Part shown: positions 1-9,513 of the stretch, one piece after another
How positions within the stretch are numbered: position 1 is the first letter of the stretch
Layout: the number at the start of each line of letters is the position of its first letter
Assembly (NCBI GenBank): GCA_043823085.1
Contig: JBDRBE010000003.1
Coordinates: 19,822-83,821 of the forward strand
DNA: 64,000 nucleotides
Direction: 5' to 3'
DNA from: Candidatus Levyibacteriota bacterium
Lineage (GTDB): Bacteria > Patescibacteriota > Microgenomatia > Levybacterales > UBA12049
The notes under the pieces: generated by a model
What the model saw: the letters and a program-made list of their open reading frames with translations, nothing else
The model's database searches: none
What the model was told of the DNA's origin: nothing
Translations under genes and position numbers: made by a program

Positions 1-319
1 GATTTCCGGACGGGTTGCAAGCCAAGGGAAAGCAAAAGGCAGGGTTGCTATTATTCACGGAATAAAAGATTTAGCAAAAGTAAAAGTTGGTAATGTGTTT
101 GTGGCAGTGACAACTCATCCTGATTTTGTATCGGCAATGCGAAAAGCAGCGGCCATTGTTACGGATGAAGGCGGAATAACGTCGCACGCGGCAATTGTTT
201 CCAGAGAATTTGGTATTCCCTGTATTGTCGGTTGCAAAAACGCAGTAAAACTCTTTAAAGACGGGGATATAGTTGAGGTTGATGCGATAAAAGGGAAAAT
301 AGTGAGAATAGAAAAGTAG
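1..319 (+). CDS. C-terminal fragment (5' cut by window edge) of a PEP-utilising enzyme with swivel phosphohistidine domain (PpsA/PPDK/rifampicin-phosphotransferase-like)
   Basis: The frame is open from nt 2. Translation ...GRVAIIHGIKDLAKVKVGNVFVAVTTHPDFVSAMRKAAAIVTDEGGITSHAAIVSREFGIPC matches the PEP-utilizers mobile-domain signature (GGxTSHAAIxAREfGIP). Confidence 0.6.
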   Translation, partial: ISGRVASQGKAKGRVAIIHGIKDLAKVKVGNVFVAVTTHPDFVSAMRKAAAIVTDEGGITSHAAIVSREFGIPCIVGCKNAVKLFKDGDIVEVDAIKGKIVRIEK

Positions 320-350
320 CTTCGCAAGGCGACGCCTTGCGAAGCTAGAA

Positions 351-2507
351 TTACGGATTTGGGGATGGAGAAAGTTCAGGGTGCGGGCAGGTTAGGCAAT
401 ATCTGTCGCCGGTTGGGTCGGTAACAATTATTTCGTCTCTTAATTCAACATTATCGGTTTGTCCCGTTTTTGCCAAATCATTTGTCCCTTTATCAATCCA
501 AACTTTTTGCCGTCCGGGAGCAACTTTATTGGGTTCAGTTCCTCTTATAAAATATTCAAAACGAGTTGGACAACGATCAGGTGTACCTTCGGGTGGAGGA
601 AGAAGACCGGAGGTAGCGCAAACAATTTTTCCAATAACACTATCCGGTTTTGGCGGCTGCTGCGGTATATGGTCTTTTAAAAGTTCTGCCATAATTTCAT
701 GCCAAATTGGAGCGGCACCTGTAACTCCCGAAACTACACCTCCCATCGGGCTGTTATCATTATTCCCAACCCAAACTACTACAAGGTGCTCGGGAGTATA
801 GCCAATGGTCCAATTATCCCGAAAATCATTGGTTGTTCCGGTTTTTACAGGAACTGCTTTGTCGGAAATTTTAAGCTCGGAATTTGTGCCAAATGCCATG
901 GCTCTGGCATTATTATCCATTAAGATGTTTGAAATAATGAAAGTTACCCCGCTTGGTAAAACTTTCCTTCCAAAAATCGGACTTTGCAATGGGATATATT
1001 CTTCTAAAACCTTTCCTTTAGAATCTGTAACTTTAAGAATTGGATGAAGATCAACTCTATATCCCTGATTGGCAAAAACTCCGAAGGCCGTTGCCATGTC
1101 ATACATACTGACTTCACCGCCGCCTAAAGTTAGCGAAAGGCCATACTTTTCGGGTTCATTTAAAGTTGTTATTCCCATGGCGCTTGTTGTTGCAGTCATG
1201 GTTTCAACTCCGTTTAGTTTTAACATTTTAACGGCCGGAATATTTATGGAATTACCAAGCGCTTCTCTCATTAATACAGCGCCATGCCATTTTCCATCAT
1301 AATTAACAGGACAATATTGTTCATGTCCTGGATTTGGAAAGCATGAAAGTTGGTCAACAAAAAGTGTGGCGGCAGTAAATCCATGAATTAGTCCGACGGC
1401 ATAATTAATTGGTTTTATTGATGAGCCTGGCTGGCGAAGGGCAAGGGTAACATTAACATTTCCGTCAATTTCGCTGTCAAAATAATCTTTACTTCCAATC
1501 ATTGCCAATATTTCTCCGGTTGCAGGATTAGTAATTAAAGATGCGCCGTTTGTGACATGAGAACTATTAAGTTTTGCAACTTCGCTGGCTATAGCGTTTT
1601 GGGCAAAATCCTGTATTGATTGGTCAAGAGTTGTTTTAACTACAAGTCCGCCTTTTTCAAAAATTTGCGCGCCGTATTTTTTAATTAATAAATCTTTGAC
1701 GTATAAAACAAAATGAGGAGCTTTTATATTATCTGCCACTTTTTGGAAACGAAGCGGTTCTTTTAAGGCCTCATCCAGCTGTTTTTTACTAATAAAACCC
1801 TGTTCCTGCATTTGTTTTAAAACTTCTTGTTCTCTAGTTTTTGCCAGTTCGGGATGAGAGCCAAAAGGAGAGTAGGTAGTTGGGGACTCCGGGAGTCCTG
1901 CCAAAAGCGCGCTTTCGGCTAATGTTAAATCTTTGGCAGATTTGCCAAAATAGGTGCGTGAGGCCGTCTCAACGCCCCAAACAGTCCCGCCGTAGGGAAT
2001 TTGGTTTAAATACATTTCTAAAATTTTATCTTTGGGATAGATAAGCTCGGTGATAAAAGAAAGAAAAATTTCTTTAATTTTTCTTGGCAGTGTTCTTTCG
2101 GGGGTCAAAAGGCTGTTTTTAACCAGCTGTTGAGTAATGGTTGAGCCACCCTGAAGCTGTTTTTTAAAAACAGTTGAAAAAAAAGCCCTTGCTATTCCCC
2201 GGATATCTATTGGACCATGGGTATAAAAATTTCTGTCTTCGATAGCAATGGTGGCCTGTTGAACCTGTTTTGGAATTTGCGAAAGAGGAATAAAAGTTTG
2301 ATTTTTATCGGTGTAAATAGAATATAAAAGTTTGTCGTTTCTATCCAAAATTTGCGAAGATTGAGATGAAGAAAGACTGCTTAATTTGGTTGCGGACGGT
2401 ACATCTTTTAGGACAAAAAAATAAAGAGAAATAAAAATAATTGTAGCGACCAAAATAATTTTCCACTGTTTAAAAATAATTGTTTTAAGTTTTTGAGGTT
2501 TTTTCAT
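351..2507 (-). CDS. class A penicillin-binding protein (PBP1A-type bifunctional transglycosylase/transpeptidase)
   Basis: 718 aa with an N-terminal TM helix. GT51 motifs (IAIEDRNFYTHGPIDIRGIARA, ...TITQQLVKN) and transpeptidase motifs (SxxK region, KTGTTNDFRDNWTIGYTP). Confidence 0.85.
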   Translation of the reverse strand: MKKPQKLKTIIFKQWKIILVATIIFISLYFFVLKDVPSATKLSSLSSSQSSQILDRNDKLLYSIYTDKNQTFIPLSQIPKQVQQATIAIEDRNFYTHGPIDIRGIARAFFSTVFKKQLQGGSTITQQLVKNSLLTPERTLPRKIKEIFLSFITELIYPKDKILEMYLNQIPYGGTVWGVETASRTYFGKSAKDLTLAESALLAGLPESPTTYSPFGSHPELAKTREQEVLKQMQEQGFISKKQLDEALKEPLRFQKVADNIKAPHFVLYVKDLLIKKYGAQIFEKGGLVVKTTLDQSIQDFAQNAIASEVAKLNSSHVTNGASLITNPATGEILAMIGSKDYFDSEIDGNVNVTLALRQPGSSIKPINYAVGLIHGFTAATLFVDQLSCFPNPGHEQYCPVNYDGKWHGAVLMREALGNSINIPAVKMLKLNGVETMTATTSAMGITTLNEPEKYGLSLTLGGGEVSMYDMATAFGVFANQGYRVDLHPILKVTDSKGKVLEEYIPLQSPIFGRKVLPSGVTFIISNILMDNNARAMAFGTNSELKISDKAVPVKTGTTNDFRDNWTIGYTPEHLVVVWVGNNDNSPMGGVVSGVTGAAPIWHEIMAELLKDHIPQQPPKPDSVIGKIVCATSGLLPPPEGTPDRCPTRFEYFIRGTEPNKVAPGRQKVWIDKGTNDLAKTGQTDNVELRDEIIVTDPTGDRYCLTCPHPELSPSPNP

Positions 2508-2578
2508 TCAACTATCATATCAAAAGGGTTTTGAACTGACAAGTTTACCGGATTCTTGTATAATAATAATTATAGTCT

Positions 2579-3607
2579 ATGACTATTTTATCCGATATTC
2601 TAACTCTTTTTTCAACGCAATTCCAAATCTTAAATTTTAATATTCTCGATTTGATAATTATAATAGTTTTAATTATTTACATTTTTGAAGGATATTCTTT
2701 AGGCTTTGTTTCTTCTTTTTTTGATTTTTTAAGTTTTGTTTTTTCTTTTGCCCTCGGGCTTAAATTCTACGCGTTTTTTGGTAGTATTTTGGTTGATAAA
2801 TTTTCAATGACGCAGGGTTTTGGCAGTGCAATTGGATTTTTTGTAACGGCGATGCTTGCCGAAATAATTCTTTCGATTCTTTTTAGAAGAATAAATTTTT
2901 TATTTAAAAATTCGTCAATTTTTATTTTTTTTAAGGAAAGAAAAATCGGCAATTGCCTTGGGATTTTGCCGGGTCTTTTGTCAGCTCTTGTTTTGGTTTC
3001 TTTCATTCTGGCAATTATTGTTTCGCTTCCGCTCTCTCCCTTTTTGAAAAATTTAATTTCAACTTCCAGAATTGGCTCAAAACTGGTTTTAGAAACATCA
3101 GGATTTGATAAGAAAATAAATGATGTTTTTGGAGGGGCAGTTAGCGAAACCATTAATTTTTTAACTGTTGAACCAAAGAGCGATGAATTTATTAATCTAA
3201 ATTTTAAAGTAGTAAGTTTCAAAGTTGACGAGGAGGCGGAAAACAAAATGCTAATTCTGGTCAATAGAGAAAGGGTTTCCAAGGGTCTTGGTCCTTTGGC
3301 TTTGGATGAGAGCTTAAGACAAGTTGCAAGAAACCATAGTCAGGATATGCTCCAAAGAGGGTATTTTTCCCATTTTACGCCCGAAGGGTTTTCGCCTTTT
3401 GACCGTTTGGCAAAAGATAATGTATTTTATAATTATGCCGGAGAAAATTTGGCGCTTGCACCAAATGTTGATCTTGGTATGCAGGGATTAATGCAAAGTC
3501 AGGGACATCGGGAAAATATTCTTTCACCAAATTTTGATAGAATTGGGATTGGAGTAATTGACGGAGGGATTTATGGGGAAATGTTTACACAGGAGTTTAC
3601 GAACTAG
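2579..3607 (+). CDS. CvpA-like multi-pass membrane domain fused to a C-terminal CAP/SCP (YkwD-like) domain
   Basis: The N-terminal ~170 aa are hydrophobic and CvpA-like. The C-terminal region (LVNRERVSKGLGPLALDESLRQVARNHSQDM...GHRENILSPNFDRIGIGV) is typical of the CAP/SCP family. Confidence 0.55.
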   Translation: MTILSDILTLFSTQFQILNFNILDLIIIIVLIIYIFEGYSLGFVSSFFDFLSFVFSFALGLKFYAFFGSILVDKFSMTQGFGSAIGFFVTAMLAEIILSILFRRINFLFKNSSIFIFFKERKIGNCLGILPGLLSALVLVSFILAIIVSLPLSPFLKNLISTSRIGSKLVLETSGFDKKINDVFGGAVSETINFLTVEPKSDEFINLNFKVVSFKVDEEAENKMLILVNRERVSKGLGPLALDESLRQVARNHSQDMLQRGYFSHFTPEGFSPFDRLAKDNVFYNYAGENLALAPNVDLGMQGLMQSQGHRENILSPNFDRIGIGVIDGGIYGEMFTQEFTN

Positions 3608-4020
3608 AAGTAATTTTTAATTTGAAATTTGAAATTTTAAATCAAATAGAAATGTTTAAAAATTTAAATTTTAAAAATTCATTGAAAATTTAAAATTGAA
3701 AATTTAGATTTTACAATATGTATGAGTTGCCGGATATAAGAAATATTGATGTAAAGGGTAAAACTGTTTTTTTGCGAGCTGATTTAGATGTTCCGCTTGC
3801 GCAACCATCAACCCGCCTGCCAAAGCCTGGCACTGGCGGGCAGGCCATCAATAGACAACAAACAACCATAGAGGATGATACGAGATTGCAAGCCGGTTTT
3901 CCAACGGTGCAATATCTATTGGAGCATGGTGCAAAAGTGATAATCGGTGGGCATTTGGATAGACCAAAGGGAAGAGACGAAAGCCATAGTTTACAGCCAG
4001 TAGCAGTTTGGTTGCATGAA

Positions 4021-4072
4021 AATATCAAATATCACCCGTTCGGCAAGCTCAGGGCAAATATCAAAAATACAT
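4021..4072. repeat. Short interspersed repeat, family C copy 1 (caaatatcacccgttcggcaagctcagggcaaatatcaaaaata), in-frame in pgk
   Basis: The core CCGTTCGGCAAGCTCAGGGCAA recurs at 4167-4189 (pgk, different reading frame) and 47258-47306 (DNA ligase, third frame). Confidence 0.7.
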
Positions 4073-4166
4073 ATAAAAAATTAAAAATTAATGACTTTGA
4101 TAGGTGGAAGATAAATGATAACCTTTTTCTTTTGGAGAATTTGAGGTTTTATGAGGGGGAGGAGAA

Positions 4167-4189
4167 CCCTTCGACAAGCTCAGGGCAAG
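4167..4189. repeat. Family C copy 2 (ccttcgacaagctcagggcaag), in-frame in pgk
   Basis: Same core as 4035-4056 but translated in another frame (PSTSSGQE versus PFGKLRAN). Confidence 0.65.
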
Positions 4190-4646
4190 AATTTGTTAAA
4201 AAACTTGCATCTCTGGCTGATATTTACGTCAACGACGCTTTTGCCATGTGCCATAGAGATCATGCTTCAATGACAGGAATTACTCATAATCTCCCTCATT
4301 TTGCCGGACTGCATTTGCAAAAAGAGGTTGAGGTTTTAGGTTCGGTTTTAAAAGATCCAAAACGGCCTTTGGTTGCAATTATCGGCGGGAAAAAAATTGA
4401 AACAAAACTTCCTTTGGTTTTAAAGATGTATAATTTGGCTGATTATATTTTGGTTGGCGGAAAAATCGCCCAGGAAAAAGCATCGCTTGGGACTATCTGT
4501 CAGAGGGAAACTCACAAATGCGCAAATCTTGTGGTTGCCCAATTAAATAAAGATGGTAGCGATATTACAACTGGAGATTTAGAAAAATTTTTAGAGGTAA
4601 TTGAAAAAGCAAAAACAGTAGTTTGGAACGGACCCATGGGAATCAT

Positions 4647-4660
4647 AAATGGCAAATGGC
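4647..4660. repeat. 7-bp tandem duplication (AAATGGC)x2 causing the pgk frameshift
   Basis: Seen directly in the sequence: ggaatcataAAATGGCAAATGGCaaattgatcgg. Confidence 0.8.
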
Positions 4661-4910
4661 AAATTGATCGGAGATGATACGGAAATGGGGACGAAGAGGA
4701 TCGCAGAGGCGATTGTTAAAAGCGGGGCATATAGTGTAGTTGGCGGAGGAGATACTACTGAATTTTTAAAACGGCTTGGGATTTTTGATAAATTTGACTT
4801 TGTTTCAACCGGCGGGGGAGCAATGCTCTCCTTTTTAAGCGGCGAAAAATTACCGGGTTTGGAAGCATTGGCCTCTTGAAGGATTTTTTTAGAGAGTATA
4901 TACTCTAAAT

Positions 4911-5951
4911 ATGTTAAGAGTTGCGATAAATGGTTATGGAAGGATTGGGAGAGTTGCGCACCGGGTGATTTTGGAGAAACACGCAAGTGAAATAGAAGTT
5001 GTTGCTATCAACGCCGGATCGTCAACAGACATAAATGGTTGGATGTATCTTCTTAAATACGATACAGTCTATGGTCCGCTGTCTCACGATATCAAAAACC
5101 AAAGATCAAATATCAAAGATGCGATTGGAGATTTTATTATTGATGGAAAGCAAATTCCACTTTTTTCGCAAAAAGACCCAAGTCTTTTGCCATGGAAGGA
5201 TTTAAATGTTGATGTTGTTGTTGAATCGACCGGTGCTTTTCGGACAGAAGAAAAATTAAAAGCGCACATAAGCGCCGGAGCAAAAGCAGTTGTTCTTTCA
5301 GCGCCAGCTAAAGATCAAGTTTCAACTTATATTATTTCGGTTAATGCCAAAGATTATAAAGGCGAAAGTTTAGTCAGCAATACCTCTTGTACTACCAATT
5401 GCATTGCACCGGTTGCCAAAATTATACTTGAGAATTTTGGCATTGAAAAAGCCATGATGACTACGATTCACGGATATACATCGAATCAGCGCTTGCAGGA
5501 TGGGGGGCATAAAGATTATAGAAGAGGCCGCGCTGCCGCAGAAAATATTATTCCTACAACAACGGGTGCGACAAATGCGGCTGCAAAAACCATTCCAGAA
5601 TTGGAAGGAAAATTCAGCGGTCTTGCAATTAGAGTTCCGGTTGCTGTCGGTTCTCTCTCTGATTTCACATTTCTTCTAAAAAGGCAAACTTCAAAAGAAG
5701 AAATCAATGAAGTTTTTAAAAAGGCAGCGGAGGATCCAAATTACAAAGGAATCCTAGAAGTAACTCAAGATCCGATTGTTTCAAGTGATATTATCGGTAA
5801 TCCTCACTCTTCAATTGTCGATCTTTCGCTAACCCAAGTAGTCGGCGGGAATTTAGCCAAAGTTATTGCCTGGTATGACAATGAATGGGGGTATTCAAAC
5901 AGGCTGGTGGAAGAAGCAATAATGATAGGAAATAAAATTTCTAATTCCTAA
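4911..5951 (+). CDS. gap: glyceraldehyde-3-phosphate dehydrogenase, type I
   Basis: INGYGRIGR NAD-binding N-terminus, active-site SCTTNC, and the WYDNEWGYS C-terminal motif. Confidence 0.9.
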   Translation: MLRVAINGYGRIGRVAHRVILEKHASEIEVVAINAGSSTDINGWMYLLKYDTVYGPLSHDIKNQRSNIKDAIGDFIIDGKQIPLFSQKDPSLLPWKDLNVDVVVESTGAFRTEEKLKAHISAGAKAVVLSAPAKDQVSTYIISVNAKDYKGESLVSNTSCTTNCIAPVAKIILENFGIEKAMMTTIHGYTSNQRLQDGGHKDYRRGRAAAENIIPTTTGATNAAAKTIPELEGKFSGLAIRVPVAVGSLSDFTFLLKRQTSKEEINEVFKKAAEDPNYKGILEVTQDPIVSSDIIGNPHSSIVDLSLTQVVGGNLAKVIAWYDNEWGYSNRLVEEAIMIGNKISNS

Positions 5952-5993
5952 TCTCTAAATCCTAAACAAATCCCAATTATCAAAATCTAGAAT

Positions 5994-6587
5994 ATGGAAA
6001 ATCCCAAAGGACTGCCCGATATCAGAATTATTACGATTTCCGGGAGAATTGCTTCCGGCGCTACAACGCTGGCAAAGCATCTGGCTCAAACTTTAAAATG
6101 GAAGCATGTTGAAGGAGGAGATGTTTTTTGGGAGGAAGTAAGGAAGAAAATGGAGCTTTCTCCAAAAGATACACACCTGCGGCCGGATACTGAAGACAAA
6201 ATATTTGACGAACAGTTAATAAAAACATTGAAAGAAGAAAAACAAATTGTTTTGGAAACCAAATTAGCGGCTTTTAATGCTCAAGGAATTACAGGTGTTT
6301 TTAAAATTCTTGCTGTCTGTGATGACAAAAACGAAGGGGATCAAACAGATGTTAGGGTGGACAGGTTAGTGAATAGGGAAGGGGTAACGGTAGAAGAAGC
6401 GAAAAAAGAAATACTTGAAAGAGAAAAAAATGATCTTGAAAAGTGGCGAAGAATGTATGCCAAAGACGATCATAGCTGGGTTTACTGGGATAAAAAATAT
6501 TACGATTTAGTAGTTAATACTTTCAATCATTCTCCTGAAGAAACTCTGGAAATTGCACTAAAAGGGATTGGATATAAATCCGCATAA
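5994..6587 (+). CDS. P-loop nucleotide kinase, probably archaeal-type cytidylate kinase
   Basis: IITISGRIASGATTLAKHLAQTLKWKHVEGGDVF resembles the archaeal CMK N-terminus (ITISGxPGSGKTTVAKxLAExLGxxHVSAGxxFR). Length is 197 aa. Confidence 0.5.
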   Translation: MENPKGLPDIRIITISGRIASGATTLAKHLAQTLKWKHVEGGDVFWEEVRKKMELSPKDTHLRPDTEDKIFDEQLIKTLKEEKQIVLETKLAAFNAQGITGVFKILAVCDDKNEGDQTDVRVDRLVNREGVTVEEAKKEILEREKNDLEKWRRMYAKDDHSWVYWDKKYYDLVVNTFNHSPEETLEIALKGIGYKSA

Positions 6588-6659
6588 TTTTTGTTTCTTG
6601 CTTTTTATTTTTTTAGTGGTAAAATTAAGGCGCTTTTATAGATGTAAAAGGTGGCAGTT

Positions 6660-7937
6660 ATGATAACAGTAAAAGACTTAAAAGGAAAAACAGTTGGCGC
6701 CGCTGTTTCAGGAGGATTAGACTCTTCTACGCTAACCCGATGGCTAACAGATAATGGTGTAAAAGTTATATGTTTTGTAGTTGACCTCGCGCAGCCGGAT
6801 GAGCAAAACTTCAACGAGATAAAAAAAAGATTATTAATTGCGGGTGCTAAAGAGGTCGTAGTTGTAGACGGAAAAAACGATTTGGCAAAAATAGGTGTTT
6901 TGGCAATCCAGGCGCAAGCAAAATATGAGGGTGGTTATTGGAATACAACAGCTCTTGCTCGTCATATAACCACGGAATTGATACTTCGCGAGATGAAAAA
7001 AAGAAAAATAAATATTTTTACTCATGGTGCAACGGGAAGAGGGAATGACCAAGTCAGATTTCAGCTCGTTACGAATATGCTAGAACCAGATATTACTGTT
7101 TATGCTCCATGGAGAGATGACGCTTTTCTTAAAGCTTTTGGCGGTAGAAAAGAGATGATCGATTTTTGCAAAAAGAGAAAGATTCCTATCAAAGCAACAA
7201 TGGATAAACCATACAGTACAGATGCGAATATGCTTGGCTTAACCCATGAAGCAGGAAAACTGGAGTCGCTTGCTACTCCAGCAGATTTTGTCAAGCCGGA
7301 GATGGGGACTTTGCCGAAAGACGCTCCCGATAAAGAAGAGCAATTTTACATAACTTTCCAACAAGGGTTTCCAGTGCGGATAAATGGTAAAAAGACAACC
7401 TTGCTTGAAGCATTCCTTTTGGCAAATAAAATTGGCGGAAGAAATGGAGTTGGTATAGGAATTCATGTCGTGGAAAACAGATTTGTTGGTATAAAGTCAA
7501 GGGGAGTATACGAAATGCCAGGCATAGAACTCTTAGGAAAATGCTACGAATTTCTCCTTCAACTTATCTTAGAACGCCGCTCCCGAAGACTATTTCAATT
7601 TCTTTCGGAATTCATTGCAGAACAAGTTTATCAAGGTTACTTTTATGATCCGGCCTCAAATGCGGCAATGTCCGCTATAAAGCATCTTGCTTCTTTTGTA
7701 AGCGGTAATGTATATGCTTCCCTTTATAGAGGAAATGTCTTTTATCAAAAAATCGAACAGGCGAAGAATTCTCTTTATTCGGAAACCACAGGTTCCATGG
7801 AAAAAGTCGGGTCTTTTAATCATGCTGACTCCGAGGGATTCCTTCGTGTACTTGGTGTTACAGCAAAAGCTCTTAATGCTGCAAAACAAATCGATTTAAC
7901 TCCAATTGGCTCCAATTACAAAAAAAACAAAAAATAA
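6660..7937 (+). CDS. argG: argininosuccinate synthase
   Basis: AVSGGLDSS PP-loop, YEGGYWNTTALARH and GATGRGNDQVRF motifs. AGGTGG RBS lies 6 nt upstream of the ATG at 6660. Confidence 0.9.
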   Translation: MITVKDLKGKTVGAAVSGGLDSSTLTRWLTDNGVKVICFVVDLAQPDEQNFNEIKKRLLIAGAKEVVVVDGKNDLAKIGVLAIQAQAKYEGGYWNTTALARHITTELILREMKKRKINIFTHGATGRGNDQVRFQLVTNMLEPDITVYAPWRDDAFLKAFGGRKEMIDFCKKRKIPIKATMDKPYSTDANMLGLTHEAGKLESLATPADFVKPEMGTLPKDAPDKEEQFYITFQQGFPVRINGKKTTLLEAFLLANKIGGRNGVGIGIHVVENRFVGIKSRGVYEMPGIELLGKCYEFLLQLILERRSRRLFQFLSEFIAEQVYQGYFYDPASNAAMSAIKHLASFVSGNVYASLYRGNVFYQKIEQAKNSLYSETTGSMEKVGSFNHADSEGFLRVLGVTAKALNAAKQIDLTPIGSNYKKNKK

Positions 7938-8040
7938 ATTTCTTCTTTATTTTTTTTCTCAAAGTGAGTATAATATACTACTATAATCAATATTAGATTA
8001 ATATAGTGGGTCAATTTAGCTATAAAAATAGGGAGATCTT

Positions 8041-9396
8041 ATGGATAAGTTGTGGAACAAAACTAGTCAAAAACTTAATAAAATTGTAGAAGAATTTGAA
8101 ACAAGAGATGATTTAGTTTTAGACAAATACATGGTTGAAGCGGATATCTATGGTTCTTTTGCTCATGTATTTATGCTTTCCACAATTGGCTTACTTACAA
8201 AAACTGAATTGGCAGATATTCACAAGGGGCTTCTTAAGATTCTTGAATTAAATAAGGAGGGAAAATTTAACTTAGAATTTGGTGAAGAAGATATCCATAC
8301 AAAAATTGAAAATTTCTTAACTCAAACCATAGGTGAGGCTGGAAAAAAAATCCACGCTGGTCGTTCACGAAACGATCAAATCTTATTAGATACTAGAATT
8401 TATACAAAATCAGAACTTCTAAAAATATGGAAGAATCTTTTAGATTTAATATCTGTATTAATTGGGCTTTCAGAAAAGTATTCTGACATTCCAATGCCGG
8501 GTTACACACATATGCAAAAAGCTATGCCTTCATCTGTTGGAATGTGGTTTGGATCTTTTGCAGAGTCATTGACAGATGATGTAAAACTACTGCAAACGGC
8601 ATTTGATCTTAACAATCAATCTCCTCTTGGATCAGGAGCCGGCTATGGAGTATCATTAAATCTTAATCGCCAACTCGTAGCGGATTTTTTGGGGTTTGAG
8701 AAAGTTCAAACTAATTCTCTATATTGCCAGAATAGTCGGGGAAAAATTGAGTCAATTGTGGTATTTGCACTATTGCAAGTAGTATTTGACATTTCTAAGC
8801 TTGCATCTGATATTTTATTTTTTACAACATCTGAACTTGATTTCTTTGAAGTTGACGAGAGTCTTTTTACAGGAAGCAGTATTATGCCTCAAAAAAGAAA
8901 CGTCGATGTCGCTGAATTATTGCGTTCAAAAGTAAATATTGTAGAAGGCTATCTTGTTCAGATTTTTAATACAGTTGTAAATTTACCCTCGGGTTATAAC
9001 AGAGATTTCCAGGATATAAAAAGACCATTTATAGAAAGTATAAATTTAACAAAAAATGTTCTTAATATTTCAAAAATACTTGTAAAAAATATTAAACCCA
9101 GGAAAGATATTTTGGTAAAATCCATGACGCCGGAATTATATGCAACCCATGCTGCCTATCAGCTAGTCAAGGATGGCGTATCGTTTCGTGAAGCTTATAA
9201 GAAGACAGAAGATATCATCGATAATCTTCCTTCTTTTGATCCATATGAAGTTCTTAAAATGAGTAAGCATGTCGGCGGAACTGCAAATTTGCAAAATTGG
9301 GCAATGAAAAACGAACTGGTTAAGTATAAAAAAATTCTTTTAAAAGAAACTAAAAGTTATAATAAAATGATTTTTAATTTTAAAAATAAAAAATAA
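8041..9396 (+). CDS. argH: argininosuccinate lyase
   Basis: Fumarate-lyase signature GSSIMPQKRN. HAGRSRNDQ and YTHMQKAMP are typical of ArgH. Confidence 0.9.
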   Translation: MDKLWNKTSQKLNKIVEEFETRDDLVLDKYMVEADIYGSFAHVFMLSTIGLLTKTELADIHKGLLKILELNKEGKFNLEFGEEDIHTKIENFLTQTIGEAGKKIHAGRSRNDQILLDTRIYTKSELLKIWKNLLDLISVLIGLSEKYSDIPMPGYTHMQKAMPSSVGMWFGSFAESLTDDVKLLQTAFDLNNQSPLGSGAGYGVSLNLNRQLVADFLGFEKVQTNSLYCQNSRGKIESIVVFALLQVVFDISKLASDILFFTTSELDFFEVDESLFTGSSIMPQKRNVDVAELLRSKVNIVEGYLVQIFNTVVNLPSGYNRDFQDIKRPFIESINLTKNVLNISKILVKNIKPRKDILVKSMTPELYATHAAYQLVKDGVSFREAYKKTEDIIDNLPSFDPYEVLKMSKHVGGTANLQNWAMKNELVKYKKILLKETKSYNKMIFNFKNKK

Positions 9397-9513
9397 GCAT
9401 CAAAGACTTAAAGTTATTAACTTCAGAATTTGCCCCGCGAATTGAAAAAACAAGGTTATTGAAATTTATATGCGTTGGTGGTAAAGTAATGGTGTGAAAG
9501 TGAGGGGTTTGAT

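Larger units (their letters stand above)
3718..4879 (+). pseudogene. pgk: phosphoglycerate kinase, interrupted by a +1 frameshift (ORFs 3718-4677 and 4649-4879)
   Basis: The N-terminal ORF has KTVFLRADLDVPL, LENLRF and the hinge. The C-terminal ORF has GGGDT...STGGGA...LPG. Deleting one copy of the tandem AAATGGC AAATGGC (4647-4660) restores WNGPMGIINGKLIGDDTEMGTKRIAEA. This could be a true pseudogene or an assembly error. Confidence 0.8.

Noticed and set aside
459-1302. Five 73-90-aa plus-strand ORFs inside the PBP1A gene
   Set aside because: They are antisense to a 718-aa CDS with clear PBP motifs and have no start context or motifs, so they are overlap artefacts. The same reasoning applies to the other short antisense ORFs in the track, for example 2767-3282, 12874-13164, 35174-36101, 37401-37679 and 53346-53588.
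3600-3717. AT-rich spacers built from (AAATTT/GAAAATT)n words; a similar one lies at 26753-26790, 36591-36744, 45820-45895 and 53899-54062
   Set aside because: They are low-complexity AT-rich intergenic sequence typical of the genome. No specific element boundaries or function could be supported beyond possible promoter or UP-element roles.
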